From contig CAIOZA010000015.1 in NCBI GenBank assembly GCA_903862655.1, positions 24,324-88,323 of the forward strand: a DNA stretch of 64,000 bases, written 5' to 3'. The position numbers were made by a program, and so were the translations under genes. The stretch comes from an uncultured Ignavibacteria bacterium (GTDB lineage Bacteria; Bacteroidota; Ignavibacteria; Kapaibacteriales; UBA2268). Numbering within the stretch: the stretch's first letter is position 1; every line of letters begins with the position of its first letter. Below the pieces are notes generated by a model, which was not told where the DNA came from, made no database searches, and saw only the letters and a program-made list of their open reading frames with translations. This document shows, piece by piece, positions 9,783-19,575 of this stretch.

Positions 9783-12700
9783 TTATTTTATCACACTTAA
9801 AGTGCTTATGAACATCTCACCGTTGCCGCTTATTATCATTTTGTAAATTCCTGATCTTAAGTTCTCGGTTGGTAAAACGAAGTCTATATAATGTCTTACT
9901 ACCTTCGAGTTGTCGATAGTATATTGTGCGATTTCAGAACCATCAATAGAATAGATCACAAGAGTATATTTTCCTTCGCTCGTGTTAATAATGCTGATTT
10001 CAGTCGACTCCCCTGCCGGATTAGGAGCAATGCTCATCATCATTTTGTCGGAAATCATGATTCTGTTTATGTCCTGAAAGCACACACTCAAAGCTTCTAA
10101 TCTGCCTGTCTTCAATTCGGATCTGACAAGTGGATTCCCCCAATTAAAATAGTCAATTATCAGTGGGGTAAATGCGTGTTCTCCAAGAAGAATTGTTCCC
10201 GTCACTTCAGAAAGAACGGTTTCTCTACCTGAAATGATAGCATTATTGTCTTCAATTTTCAGTATTCTTTCGCCATTGATTATCGTATCATGACGAATAA
10301 TTCCGTTTGTAAGGATTTCCGGAAGAAAGACATCGGCATAAAATCTCAGCTGTGCAGTGTATGAACTGACAACTGGAACAGAACCATAATATAAAATATT
10401 TGCCCTGATGGGTATTCTGAACTTTTTTGTTCCTATTATTCCGAAAGTATCAGGCATACTCACTCTGACTGTGCCGATTCCGGCACCAGTCAAGGCCACG
10501 AATATCCTGGCCCTGCATGGCTTACTTATTTCGAAAACAATAGTATCCTTATAATACATTATGTCTTGGGGACTGAATTTCACAGTAAGCTTGTGAATTT
10601 TTCCGATAGCTAGCTCTACTTCACTGTTTTCACTTATCACTTCGAAAGCAGAATTTGTACCAATGGCATAAATAGTATCAATAATAATTTTATCCTGAGA
10701 TCCAGCCCAGTATTCGATTGACATATTCCTGTTGGTTAGTCTGTCAGTCCCACCGAAATCTAAATTCTCCAAACCGCTAATATCAGCGACGGCATCATGT
10801 ATGTCAGCCTCGGATGTGCTTTCGCAACCGGTTGAGTCGAAAACTGAAAGTCTGTATGTGCCGGCTTTGCCGATTCGGATAGATCTGCCTGTGTCTCCAG
10901 TGTTCCATTGGTATTTAACATAAGGATTTTCAGCAGTCAGAGTTATCGAATCTCCAGGGCAGATAAAGTAGCCTTTGTCGCTAAGAATTTTCAGCTCAGG
11001 TTGTGGATTGAACATCACAGCTACAGAATCAACTCTTTTGCAACCTGTTTGATTCGTGACAGTCAACCTATAGATACCACTTTTTGTTACCTGAATTGTG
11101 TCTTTTGTTTCTCCATTAGACCAGCTAATTGCATACCCGGTCTTATCTGTTATGGCTATCAATGTAACAGTGTCGCCATTGCATAGCTTAGGTTTACGAA
11201 TGATGTTTATATCAACAACAGGGCTAATCTTAAGAATTAATTCAAATTCTGAACTGTCGCGGCAGCCTGCTGGATTTGCGACTAATAGTTTATACTTCCC
11301 TGATTTCGAAACATACCTGACCGCAGATTTTATCCCATCATTCCAGGAATAATCATCAGCACTACCAATGATATTTGGAGTTAGAAGCAGACTATCTCCA
11401 TCGCAGATTTCATTCAGACTTCCCTGCTTTAATGAAGCGTCTGGTTTATCGAAAATCCTGACATCAATGCTGTCCTTGCCTTTACAGCCACCGTTAGTTG
11501 CTACTTCGAGATAGTATTTTCCATCCTGTGACACCTGAATCGATGCTGTAGTGTCCCCTGTTGACCATTTATATTTGAAACCTGCCGTAGCTGGATAAGC
11601 CGTTAGATTAATAAGATCATTCCGGCAAAATGGAGGTTTGGGATTTGACTTTATCTTGATGCCAAGTTCGGTGCCGGATTTTATAAGAACTGAGTCGATT
11701 GTTGAACATCCGTTACGTGAAAAAGCTTCAGCATAGATTGTACCTGTATTCTTTACAATGATTGATTGTGATGCTTCACCGGTTGACCAGAGATAGGATA
11801 TATCAGCATCAAATGGTTCTACCGTAAGTACCACACTATCGCCTTCACAAAAAACTGTAGGGCCGTTAGCTGTAATTTTAAATTCAGGTTTCTTGATATT
11901 TAGTATTTGTATCGAAGTAGTACGGATGCAGCCATCTTTCTCAATATTTAAGTAAAAGATACCTCCATGAGTAATTTTAGTAATTTGAGCCGAGTCACCG
12001 TTGGACCAGTTATATTTATAAACAGAGCCTTCAGGCTTGGCGGTTAAGATCATCGTATCGCCCTCGCAGAGGACTTTCGGCCCGATAACGATTATCTCGG
12101 GAATAAATCCGGGCACTGTTTTGATGTCTATTGTGTCACTGGCTCTGCAACCATTTGATTCAACCGTAACTGAGTATTTCCCTGCTTTGTTGATAGTTAT
12201 CGTATTTGCAGTCTCAAAAGTGCTCCACAAATAGCTGTAATCACTTCCCTGAGGTTGAGCAAATAGCTTCAAACTGTCACCCTCGCATATTATAGTGCTT
12301 CCGTCAGGAATAATTCTTGCTTTAGGTTTCGAAACAACTTTTATGAAAAGACTATCACTGAATTTGATTGATCCAGCGTTAACTGAGATATAATAATATC
12401 CACCCTGGTTTGAAGACACTTTAGACAAAGTCAGATTTGGTCCTAAAGAACTAAAGCCCATAGGTCCTGTCCATTTGAAAGAAGCAATGGGAATTGAGCA
12501 TGAAAGCTTGCATTCTGTATTGATAGAATCCCCCTCGCATATAGTTAATATGCTCGGAATATAAATCCAGGCGTAAAAACTTTGGATTGTTGCAGGCAAT
12601 CCCATGTTTGATCTGTGACTCCCAAGATTTATTGATGGCCCTGTCTGAACACTGATATCAATGCCCTTATTCGGTTCATTTATTTTCTTCAAAATCGTAT

Positions 12701-13676
12701 TATTGTTGTATGCAACATAGATTCTTCCGTCAGGAGCTAACTGCAGTCCAAAATAAGAACCATTGATGTCCATAACAGTTTTAATCGAATTTATGATCCG
12801 GGATGAATCCTTACTGCTAACATCATATGAATTGATAAAAAATCTTGAACTGATAAACATTTGGGAACAATCAGGTGAGAATTCTGCTGAATACGGCATA
12901 GCCCTTGTCTTTATATCGGAATAAACAGGAAGAAGGATTGTGTTACTGATGATCCCGTTGCTGCGATTAAATAATGAGAGTTCAACAAGTGTATCTGATG
13001 GCAAGGTGCAGGCAACCATCGACCCGTCAGGAGAAATTTTAATATTACCCTTTTCGTTGTCAGTTGAACCTTTGTGTATCGTTCCTACGTGTGAAATAAT
13101 CGGAGTAATACTTATTCCGCTATTATTAATCAATATTGAAAAGTAACTGTTATTAAGCCACCCATGTGCGACAAGCCATATATCCACACCGTTTGTGTGA
13201 TGAACAGCTGACATCTTTTGTGTTACATTCGGCAGAAACTGATTATTTTTATTTGTTACATCGCCGAGACCAGCATTTAGTCGGATGTCAACAGTGGAGT
13301 AGGCTAAAGTACGTGAAAAGGCATTGATTGTGAAAATATAATAAATAAACTGACTCATTGGTTTAGGAATAATTAATGCTCCCTGCGAAGCTGTGTTAGA
13401 TCCTCCAAGACCTGAACCATTCGGCATTATTTCGTGATTCTTGTTCCAGACAGTTTCGCCGTCAGTATAAAAGAGTAAGTTACCGGTTGAATCCGAGATT
13501 ACAGAACAAGCCTCAGGAGAAGCGAGTTGCCCGTCTGACATCACACTTGGTGCAGTGCCGCTAGGATTGAATGTTATCCCGGCACTATTGCCAAAATACC
13601 AGTTATATGCTTCCTTTTGAGAAAATGCAGTATAAATGGTAATTAGAACAATAAATATATAAGTATATTTTTTCAA
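9783..13676 (-). CDS. Large T9SS-secreted protein: N-terminal beta-propeller, tandem Ig-like repeats, C-terminal type A sorting domain
   Basis: Signal peptide, NWYFG...LLFYTDG propeller start, repeated C(E/D)GDS..L...Y.WS(T/N)G units, C-terminal IAPNPAGES...SGIY. Confidence 0.85.
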   Translation of the reverse strand: MKKYTYIFIVLITIYTAFSQKEAYNWYFGNSAGITFNPSGTAPSVMSDGQLASPEACSVISDSTGNLLFYTDGETVWNKNHEIMPNGSGLGGSNTASQGALIIPKPMSQFIYYIFTINAFSRTLAYSTVDIRLNAGLGDVTNKNNQFLPNVTQKMSAVHHTNGVDIWLVAHGWLNNSYFSILINNSGISITPIISHVGTIHKGSTDNEKGNIKISPDGSMVACTLPSDTLVELSLFNRSNGIISNTILLPVYSDIKTRAMPYSAEFSPDCSQMFISSRFFINSYDVSSKDSSRIINSIKTVMDINGSYFGLQLAPDGRIYVAYNNNTILKKINEPNKGIDISVQTGPSINLGSHRSNMGLPATIQSFYAWIYIPSILTICEGDSINTECKLSCSIPIASFKWTGPMGFSSLGPNLTLSKVSSNQGGYYYISVNAGSIKFSDSLFIKVVSKPKARIIPDGSTIICEGDSLKLFAQPQGSDYSYLWSTFETANTITINKAGKYSVTVESNGCRASDTIDIKTVPGFIPEIIVIGPKVLCEGDTMILTAKPEGSVYKYNWSNGDSAQITKITHGGIFYLNIEKDGCIRTTSIQILNIKKPEFKITANGPTVFCEGDSVVLTVEPFDADISYLWSTGEASQSIIVKNTGTIYAEAFSRNGCSTIDSVLIKSGTELGIKIKSNPKPPFCRNDLINLTAYPATAGFKYKWSTGDTTASIQVSQDGKYYLEVATNGGCKGKDSIDVRIFDKPDASLKQGSLNEICDGDSLLLTPNIIGSADDYSWNDGIKSAVRYVSKSGKYKLLVANPAGCRDSSEFELILKISPVVDINIIRKPKLCNGDTVTLIAITDKTGYAISWSNGETKDTIQVTKSGIYRLTVTNQTGCKRVDSVAVMFNPQPELKILSDKGYFICPGDSITLTAENPYVKYQWNTGDTGRSIRIGKAGTYRLSVFDSTGCESTSEADIHDAVADISGLENLDFGGTDRLTNRNMSIEYWAGSQDKIIIDTIYAIGTNSAFEVISENSEVELAIGKIHKLTVKFSPQDIMYYKDTIVFEISKPCRARIFVALTGAGIGTVRVSMPDTFGIIGTKKFRIPIRANILYYGSVPVVSSYTAQLRFYADVFLPEILTNGIIRHDTIINGERILKIEDNNAIISGRETVLSEVTGTILLGEHAFTPLIIDYFNWGNPLVRSELKTGRLEALSVCFQDINRIMISDKMMMSIAPNPAGESTEISIINTSEGKYTLVIYSIDGSEIAQYTIDNSKVVRHYIDFVLPTENLRSGIYKMIISGNGEMFISTLSVIK

Positions 13677-13688
13677 AATTTTAGTTAA

Positions 13689-14315
13689 TCATTTAATTGT
13701 AAAATCAATCAGTTCCAAAGAATAAGATAGATACTTAACGTCTGCGGTCTCGTCGACATAGGTTTCCCGTTTGATTAAACCTACCTTAGCAGAGTAATAG
13801 ATATTGGAATATTCCCAGCCTTTTGGTGTATTGGTTATATCCCCATAGTAATAACACATAAAAGAGCCTGCTGTTACACTTATCAAAGTATCGATTATAT
13901 TGATATTTCTCTGTGATGACTCAACCTGCCATGTAAATCCAGGCAAGCCCGGATATTTTGCTTCGAGCCACTCGATAACCGGAACTGAGCCGATTTTGCT
14001 CATGCGAAGCCCATCGGGGAAATTGCTCTGCCAGACTGTATCTCTCATGCTTGTGATAAACCATCTGGATTTGTCGATAATTGTGTCTTTCCGAACAGAA
14101 TCCACAACAATCCCAGATGTCAGGAGTGTCCCTTTGCTGTCATACTTTTTGTAAAGATATTTCCAGACATTACCAAACTTCAATGGCTTGATTCCATTCA
14201 TATTCAGAGTGTCATTTTTTGCTGGGATTTTGATTATATTGTCATCAATTACAATAGGATCTTTGCAGGAATAAAGCAACAGAAAAGCCAGCGATAATGT
14301 AAACAAAATCGCCAT
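13689..14315 (-). CDS. Hypothetical lipoprotein
   Basis: Lipobox LLYSC. The track start is 14384, but ATG 14315 (MAILFTLSLAFLLLYSC) is preferred because a terminator-like hairpin lies at 14322-14350. Contains PLKFGNVWKY and VTAGSF...YYSAKVGLIK motifs. Confidence 0.7.
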   Translation of the reverse strand: MAILFTLSLAFLLLYSCKDPIVIDDNIIKIPAKNDTLNMNGIKPLKFGNVWKYLYKKYDSKGTLLTSGIVVDSVRKDTIIDKSRWFITSMRDTVWQSNFPDGLRMSKIGSVPVIEWLEAKYPGLPGFTWQVESSQRNINIIDTLISVTAGSFMCYYYGDITNTPKGWEYSNIYYSAKVGLIKRETYVDETADVKYLSYSLELIDFTIK

Positions 14316-14321
14316 AGAATG

Positions 14322-14350
14322 AAAACGGTCGGGAGTATATGCCCGACCGT
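14322..14350 (-). terminator. Intrinsic-terminator-like hairpin after the anti-sigma gene
   Basis: ACGGTCGGG-N8-CCCGACCGT perfect 9-bp stem followed by a T-run on the minus strand. Confidence 0.6.
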
Positions 14351-14389
14351 CCTGAGTTATAATATTTTCTTTTGGATCAATCAATTTCT

Positions 14390-15574
14390 TTAGAACATAT
14401 ACATCAATCCGTAATTTAAGCCAAATTTTGAATTATTAAAATAATTATTTTGATGTTTATATAAGATTGAGTTGTATTCGATTCCCATCATGACCGAAAA
14501 GCTGGGAATAATTTCATATTGAACGCCTGTCATAGCTCTTCCGAGAAAACCAGCCTGATTGAGTCCAGCACTGATTTGAGCAAAGGGACTTATTCCAAAA
14601 CCTAAATCACCTGTCTTGTATCTGAAAATGGCACTTGCTGTGGTGAAGTTAGGTTGTTGCTGATAGTTGAAATCCTGACCGTTTTCCTGTCCTGAATAGG
14701 TAAGGAAGAAAGTTTCCTGTCTAATATCCAACCCTGCATAAAAGTTAGAATTTAATTTATAGAATGCCGATAATCCAGTGTTATTAAAGTTTGAAAGAAC
14801 TTTAGGCCCAATAGTCGGACTCTGAGCATTCCAGTAATTTGTACCTCTAAATTCAAAGGCAAAATTTCCATCTGAATTAATGTTTAGTCCTTCGAGAGAA
14901 GGGTTATACTTGGGCGCAGAAATGGTACTAAATTCATTTATACCGGTTCTATTTAATTCATGATTTAAATTAGTAATCACAGAAGATTCTGCTAATAAAG
15001 GAGCATTTAGCTTGGCTTCAGCTGGTACAATCATTGCAGGCATTTCCGACATATTTACAACAGCAGCTCTTGATTTACGGATTACATTATTTGCATTAGA
15101 TTTATGTGAATTTGGAACTTCATTTGCTGAAATATTCGGAACATTGAGAACCGGAGTAGCAGGTTTCATAGCTAAGAAATTAGGATTTTGATTAACTGCT
15201 AAATCTGCTTTGGGCATCATAAACATGAAGAAACTTGCAGTCAGTGCAATGGAAACGAGTGCCGTTGCAAGATATCGTCTGTTCTGAATCATTAAACGGC
15301 TCATCGAGCCAAACCAGCCGATATTACCAGGAATGGTATTAGTTGCAGGAACCACTAGTCCAAGCTTACCGAACACATCACTCTTGGAGGCAGAAGGAAG
15401 AGTTACCAGCCCATTAGAAGATTGAACAGCAGTTTTGATAGCCATGTGGCTTTTGAACTGCTCTTTCATAACTTCATCAGAGGATAGCCTTAGAAACAGC
15501 TTATCTTCCTGAGCTGGATTGAGTGAACCATCCGCAAAGTCAACAATTAACTGAAAATTATCTGTGCTATTCAT
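14390..15574 (-). CDS. Putative anti-sigma factor with TM helix, low-complexity linker and C-terminal outer-membrane beta-barrel
   Basis: Directly downstream of the ECF sigma gene. N-terminal DFADGSL anti-sigma-like helices, TM LATALVSIALTASFFMFMM, P/A/N/S-rich linker, alternating beta-strands ending GLNYGLMYMF. Confidence 0.7.
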   Translation of the reverse strand: MNSTDNFQLIVDFADGSLNPAQEDKLFLRLSSDEVMKEQFKSHMAIKTAVQSSNGLVTLPSASKSDVFGKLGLVVPATNTIPGNIGWFGSMSRLMIQNRRYLATALVSIALTASFFMFMMPKADLAVNQNPNFLAMKPATPVLNVPNISANEVPNSHKSNANNVIRKSRAAVVNMSEMPAMIVPAEAKLNAPLLAESSVITNLNHELNRTGINEFSTISAPKYNPSLEGLNINSDGNFAFEFRGTNYWNAQSPTIGPKVLSNFNNTGLSAFYKLNSNFYAGLDIRQETFFLTYSGQENGQDFNYQQQPNFTTASAIFRYKTGDLGFGISPFAQISAGLNQAGFLGRAMTGVQYEIIPSFSVMMGIEYNSILYKHQNNYFNNSKFGLNYGLMYMF

Positions 15575-15621
15575 TTATCACCAAATCTAAAATTATTTTT
15601 AACTTTATCATATCTTAATTC

Positions 15622-16191
15622 TCAATACTTTTTTGATAAATCCTTAAGATACGGATCCAATACTTTGATTAGTTGCTTGTGTGCACGAAAAACTCGAGAC
15701 TTTGCATTAGTCACAGTTGTGTTCGTTACTTTAGCTATTTCATCATAGTGCAGTCCCTCGAACTCACGAAGAACAAAAGCCTCGCGATAAATATCCTCCA
15801 GTAAATCAAGCGATCTGACAACGATGTCGAGCATTTCGTTCTGCTCATATTCATTTCTTTCATCGATGAAATATGCTTCACCATCGTACGGAACGTTCGA
15901 TTTTTTATCTCTGTAATACTTAAGACACAGGTTCCTTGCTATGGAGAGAAGATACCCAAGTGTATTTGTCACATCCTTGCCGGCTGTAATGTTCCGGAAA
16001 AAAAAGATAAATGTCTCCTGGAAAGTATCCTCAACCTGATCCTTGCTACTAATCATATAATTGCAGAAACTGCGCACTTTGACGGCATAACGGTCATAAA
16101 GCTCCGAAAAAGCTATATTTGACTGTTCATTGCTATCCCGCATTATCTGCAGAAGATTAGCATCATCATATTTCGCAAGGTTACGTTTCAT
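15622..16191 (-). CDS. ECF RNA polymerase sigma factor
   Basis: AFSELYDRY, VEDTFQETF, YLLSIARNLC, REAFVLREFEGLHYDEIA and KSRVFRA. Confidence 0.93.
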   Translation of the reverse strand: MKRNLAKYDDANLLQIMRDSNEQSNIAFSELYDRYAVKVRSFCNYMISSKDQVEDTFQETFIFFFRNITAGKDVTNTLGYLLSIARNLCLKYYRDKKSNVPYDGEAYFIDERNEYEQNEMLDIVVRSLDLLEDIYREAFVLREFEGLHYDEIAKVTNTTVTNAKSRVFRAHKQLIKVLDPYLKDLSKKY

Positions 16192-16350
16192 TAAGTATTT
16201 ATAAAAATAAAGATTATCTAAAGCTAATATTCCATTAAAATAAAAAAGGTTGCAAGCAAAATAAAAATAATTCTAAATAGCTAATTAATTATTTAAACGT
16301 AAAAGAGAATTATTAATTATAACTGTCATAATTTATTATACTTTAAATCT

Positions 16351-17022
16351 TCACAAAACTACATCTATCTTATTGTCTTTAATATCATCATAAAACTTCC
16401 ATAGAGATACATACCAATAAGGTATAGTCCAGAAAAAACCAATTCCGAATGTTAATATTGAAAAGATAAACCAGAGTGAAAATCTCAACCAAAGCTCAAA
16501 AAGTTTTACTTTATAGCCATCCATCATTTTTTTACTTTTTCTGATTGCCTCCATAGGTGAGATCGTATTGTCCTCGATAATTATAAGGGGAGCCATAGCA
16601 TAGGATAGCTCTGCAATGATACCGGGTATAATTAACAATAATGACCACAAAAAAATCAAGAAATTAATCAGGAATTTTAATGTTACTGATTTACTAAAAA
16701 TCTTAAACCCAAAGAATAACTGGGATAACCTTGTCTCCTCTTGTCGTGAAATTGTAAGGCTGAAATAACTAAATCCAATCATCATCGGTCCGCTAATCAT
16801 CAGTAGAGTTAAAAAATTACCGATAGAGAATGTCCTATTTACAAAATTTCCCCATATAGATGTGTTTTTTGTAATCGGTATAATTAAATCAATATTCCAA
16901 GTAATAAAAATTGAGCAAAACTCTATGAGGAGATAAATCGAAGTAGCTTTTATCAACAAATTCCATCTGCCTTTAAGGCATTCGCGGGCACTTGTCATTA
17001 AATCTACATTATGAGTTGCCAT
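16351..17022 (-). CDS. DUF975 family membrane protein
   Basis: ARECLKGRW, FLWSLLLIIPGII..LSYAM, EAIRKSKKMMDGYK and FYDDIK. ATG 17022 with GGAG RBS is preferred over 17085. Confidence 0.85.
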   Translation of the reverse strand: MATHNVDLMTSARECLKGRWNLLIKATSIYLLIEFCSIFITWNIDLIIPITKNTSIWGNFVNRTFSIGNFLTLLMISGPMMIGFSYFSLTISRQEETRLSQLFFGFKIFSKSVTLKFLINFLIFLWSLLLIIPGIIAELSYAMAPLIIIEDNTISPMEAIRKSKKMMDGYKVKLFELWLRFSLWFIFSILTFGIGFFWTIPYWYVSLWKFYDDIKDNKIDVVL

Positions 17023-17321
17023 CTTGACTCCGATTATGGTTAAACCTATAATTTTATATGAAAAAATTCGACAAAAGTTCAACAAATCTATGACTTTTTT
17101 TGCGAAAAATTGTATCAGGATTATCCCCGAAGTGCATGTAATTTAATAACCCTGAGTGAAAAACTATCTGACTGGAAATCCTCACCGTATGAAGTCCGCA
17201 ATACCCTTTTAGTTCGATTTTTATGAATTAGTTAGCTGATTCTAATAAAAGCAAATATATTTTTCCACAATAGGAAAATTTATTTGCATTGAATACAAGT
17301 ATTTAGTTAAATTTGTATTAA

Positions 17322-17350
17322 GTGGTGGTGAAAAGTGGGGAAAAGTGGTA
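17322..17350 (+). promoter_or_regulatory. MraZ operator boxes
   Basis: GTGG repeated with 10-bp periodicity at 17325, 17335 and 17345 (GTGGTGAAAAGTGGGGAAAAGTGGTA) upstream of mraZ, matching the known MraZ binding-site architecture. Confidence 0.75.
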
Positions 17351-17495
17351 GATTTTTCCAGCTATTTCCCAAATCTCTCTAACCATTGAATACAAGCGGG
17401 TTTTGACGTATTATTTTTGAAAACGCAATCTTACATCTGGAATTTTCTTCCAATTTACCCGCTGATGTAAGACTCAAAAAGAACAATTTACGAAA

Positions 17496-17960
17496 ATGTC
17501 AGTTTATTTCAAAGGATCGGACACACACTCAATCGACAGCAAGGGCAGAGTCGCTGTGCCGGCTAAGATGCGCAAGCAGGTTACGCCGGAAGCGAAGGAA
17601 ACTTTTGTTGTTACAAGAGGAGTGGACAAGTGCATCGTTGCTTATCCTTTGGATGAATGGGAGAGCTATTCCGAGAACATGCGCAAATTGAATTTGTTCA
17701 ATCCTAAGGAACGCTACGTAATCAACGTAATGAACATGTGGATGGACGAAATCGAAATGGACGCACAATCGAGGATCAATCTACCGAAGAGACTGCAGGA
17801 GTTCGCCGGAATAAAGGACAAAGTGCTTGTGGTTGGTATGATCAACCACATTGCTATCTGGAATCCCGAAGAACACGAAGCGTACATTTCCAAACTCGAA
17901 GAGGAACAGCCCTACGAACAAGCCGTTCAGCAAGTGTTTGAAATGACAAGGCATGAGTAA
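17496..17960 (+). CDS. mraZ: Division/cell-wall cluster transcriptional repressor MraZ
   Basis: FKG...IDSKGRVAVPAKMR, MDAQSRINLP and VVGMINHIAIWN; adjacent to rsmH. Confidence 0.95.
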   Translation: MSVYFKGSDTHSIDSKGRVAVPAKMRKQVTPEAKETFVVTRGVDKCIVAYPLDEWESYSENMRKLNLFNPKERYVINVMNMWMDEIEMDAQSRINLPKRLQEFAGIKDKVLVVGMINHIAIWNPEEHEAYISKLEEEQPYEQAVQQVFEMTRHE

Positions 17961-18933
17961 GAAAAAAAAAGGCATCAAAAACAAGAAGTTCTTATCAGTT
18001 GAAGATGCGGCAGAATATGATTATCATCTGCCGGTTATGCTCCGCCGGACAATTGACTACCTGGTGACTGACGTCAACGGGATTTATGTGGACGGAACTT
18101 TAGGAGGCGGAGGGCATGCAGCTGAAATACTATCGAGACTGAGCTTTGGGGGAAAACTGCTCGCTTTCGATAAAGACGAGGAAGCAATAGAACACTGTCG
18201 TGCGAAATTCTGGGGGGAGTTGAGCACGGATACACCAAGAATCGTTTTCGTAAACGATTCATTTGATAAGGCATGCGATTTAGCAGAACGAGGAAGGATT
18301 AGCGGTATTTTGCTTGACCTGGGATTATCTTCGCATCAGCTCGATGACGGGGAACGAGGTTTTAGTTTCAGGCAGAATGCGCCAATTGACATGAGGTTCG
18401 GCGGAAAGGGGGAATCTGCCGAAACCTTGCTAAACGCATCGGGCGCAGAAGAGTTAGAAAGAATTTTTAGCCGTTACGGCGAGGAACCTTTCTCACGAAG
18501 TATAGCGCGGAGGATCGCTGAGGTCAGCCGCGCAACGCCCATAAAAAACACTTTCGATCTTGCCAACATCATCGATCAAATTGTGCCGAAAAGATTTTTA
18601 AACAAAACTCTGGCACGTGTTTTCCAAGCGATACGCATCGCTGTCAACCATGAACTGGACGTACTTGAAACCACACTTAAAAATATTCCCGATTCACTCG
18701 CAAGCGGTGGACGCATAGTAGTTCTCTCCTATCATTCACTCGAAGACAGAATCGTTAAGAATGTTTTCCGCGATAAATCCAAGATTATTCAATCAGACAG
18801 CCCATTTGCAGAGCCAGCTGCATTGCCCACACTTAAGATTATCACAAACAAGCCAATAATTGCCGACGAAACAGAACTAACCGAAAATCCCCGCGCAAGA
18901 AGTGCCAAACTGAGAGTAGCGGAGAAGATTTAA
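17953..18933 (+). CDS. rsmH: 16S rRNA m4C1402 methyltransferase RsmH
   Basis: HLPVM, DGTLGGGGHA, LLDLGLSSHQLD..ERGFSF, FQAIRIAVNHEL, SYHSLEDRIVK and NPRARSAKLR. Confidence 0.97.
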   Translation: MSKKKKGIKNKKFLSVEDAAEYDYHLPVMLRRTIDYLVTDVNGIYVDGTLGGGGHAAEILSRLSFGGKLLAFDKDEEAIEHCRAKFWGELSTDTPRIVFVNDSFDKACDLAERGRISGILLDLGLSSHQLDDGERGFSFRQNAPIDMRFGGKGESAETLLNASGAEELERIFSRYGEEPFSRSIARRIAEVSRATPIKNTFDLANIIDQIVPKRFLNKTLARVFQAIRIAVNHELDVLETTLKNIPDSLASGGRIVVLSYHSLEDRIVKNVFRDKSKIIQSDSPFAEPAALPTLKIITNKPIIADETELTENPRARSAKLRVAEKI

Positions 18934-19021
18934 TAAATAATTGATAATTAATAATTAAGAATTAAGAATTGCATCATTTGCATGGTGGTTTTCTATTTTT
19001 TAGATGTTTCAGAGACAATAC

Positions 19022-19127
19022 AATTACACAGAGAGCCACGGAGAATGTTGTAGTTCTCTGTGTTACTCTTGTATTCCTCTGTGAAACTCTGTGTAATTTC
19101 TAGAAACCGATGGGAGAACCACAGAGA
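19022..19127. repeat. CACAGAG/CTCTGTG-type palindromic repeat cluster
   Basis: AATTACACAGAG (19022-19033) and CTCTGTGTAATT (19087-19098) form an inverted pair, with further CTCTGTG/CACAGAG units. Confidence 0.6.
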
Positions 19128-19234
19128 AATTCAAATTGAAACCTTACAAAAATGATTTGCATCTTTTGCACCGAAGATGCTGAATTTGAATAAGCTTGAG
19201 TGAAACCCGTGGAGACGATAAATTTCTCCGGAAA

Positions 19235-19394
19235 CACCGTAGGTGTGAAATCTTAATAGAAAAAATGGAGGAGAGAGTATCATAGCCCCGTAGGGGCGGT
19301 ATCTCCTTTCGTTATAAAATTCAATTTCGCTTCTACGGAGCTTTGGTAACAGGTTGGGGTGATTTTCTATTAAGATGCCATCCCTAACGGGATT
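19235..19394. repeat. REPIN-like long imperfect hairpin
   Basis: ATCTTAATAGAAAA (19250-19263) and TTTTCTATTAAGAT (19363-19376) are perfect arms. The inner arms are AGCCCCGTAGGGGCG and CGCTTCTACGGAGCT. Confidence 0.7.
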
Positions 19395-19575
19395 AACTTC
19401 ACCAAATGCAATTTGTAAAAAAGGAAATGATTTTTCAAGAAAACGACTTTTAAAGGAAAGAAAATATGGAATAAAAAATGTTTTAATCAATTAGGGAACG
19501 AAGGGACGATAAGCCACGATGAATTAGCTCAGAATATTTATAAAGCAAGAGAGAATGAGTAAACTGTAATAATTT

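Noticed and set aside
19131-19490. 119-aa ORF in the track
   Set aside because: It overlays palindromic repeats, has a TTG start and has no recognisable domain; likely spurious.
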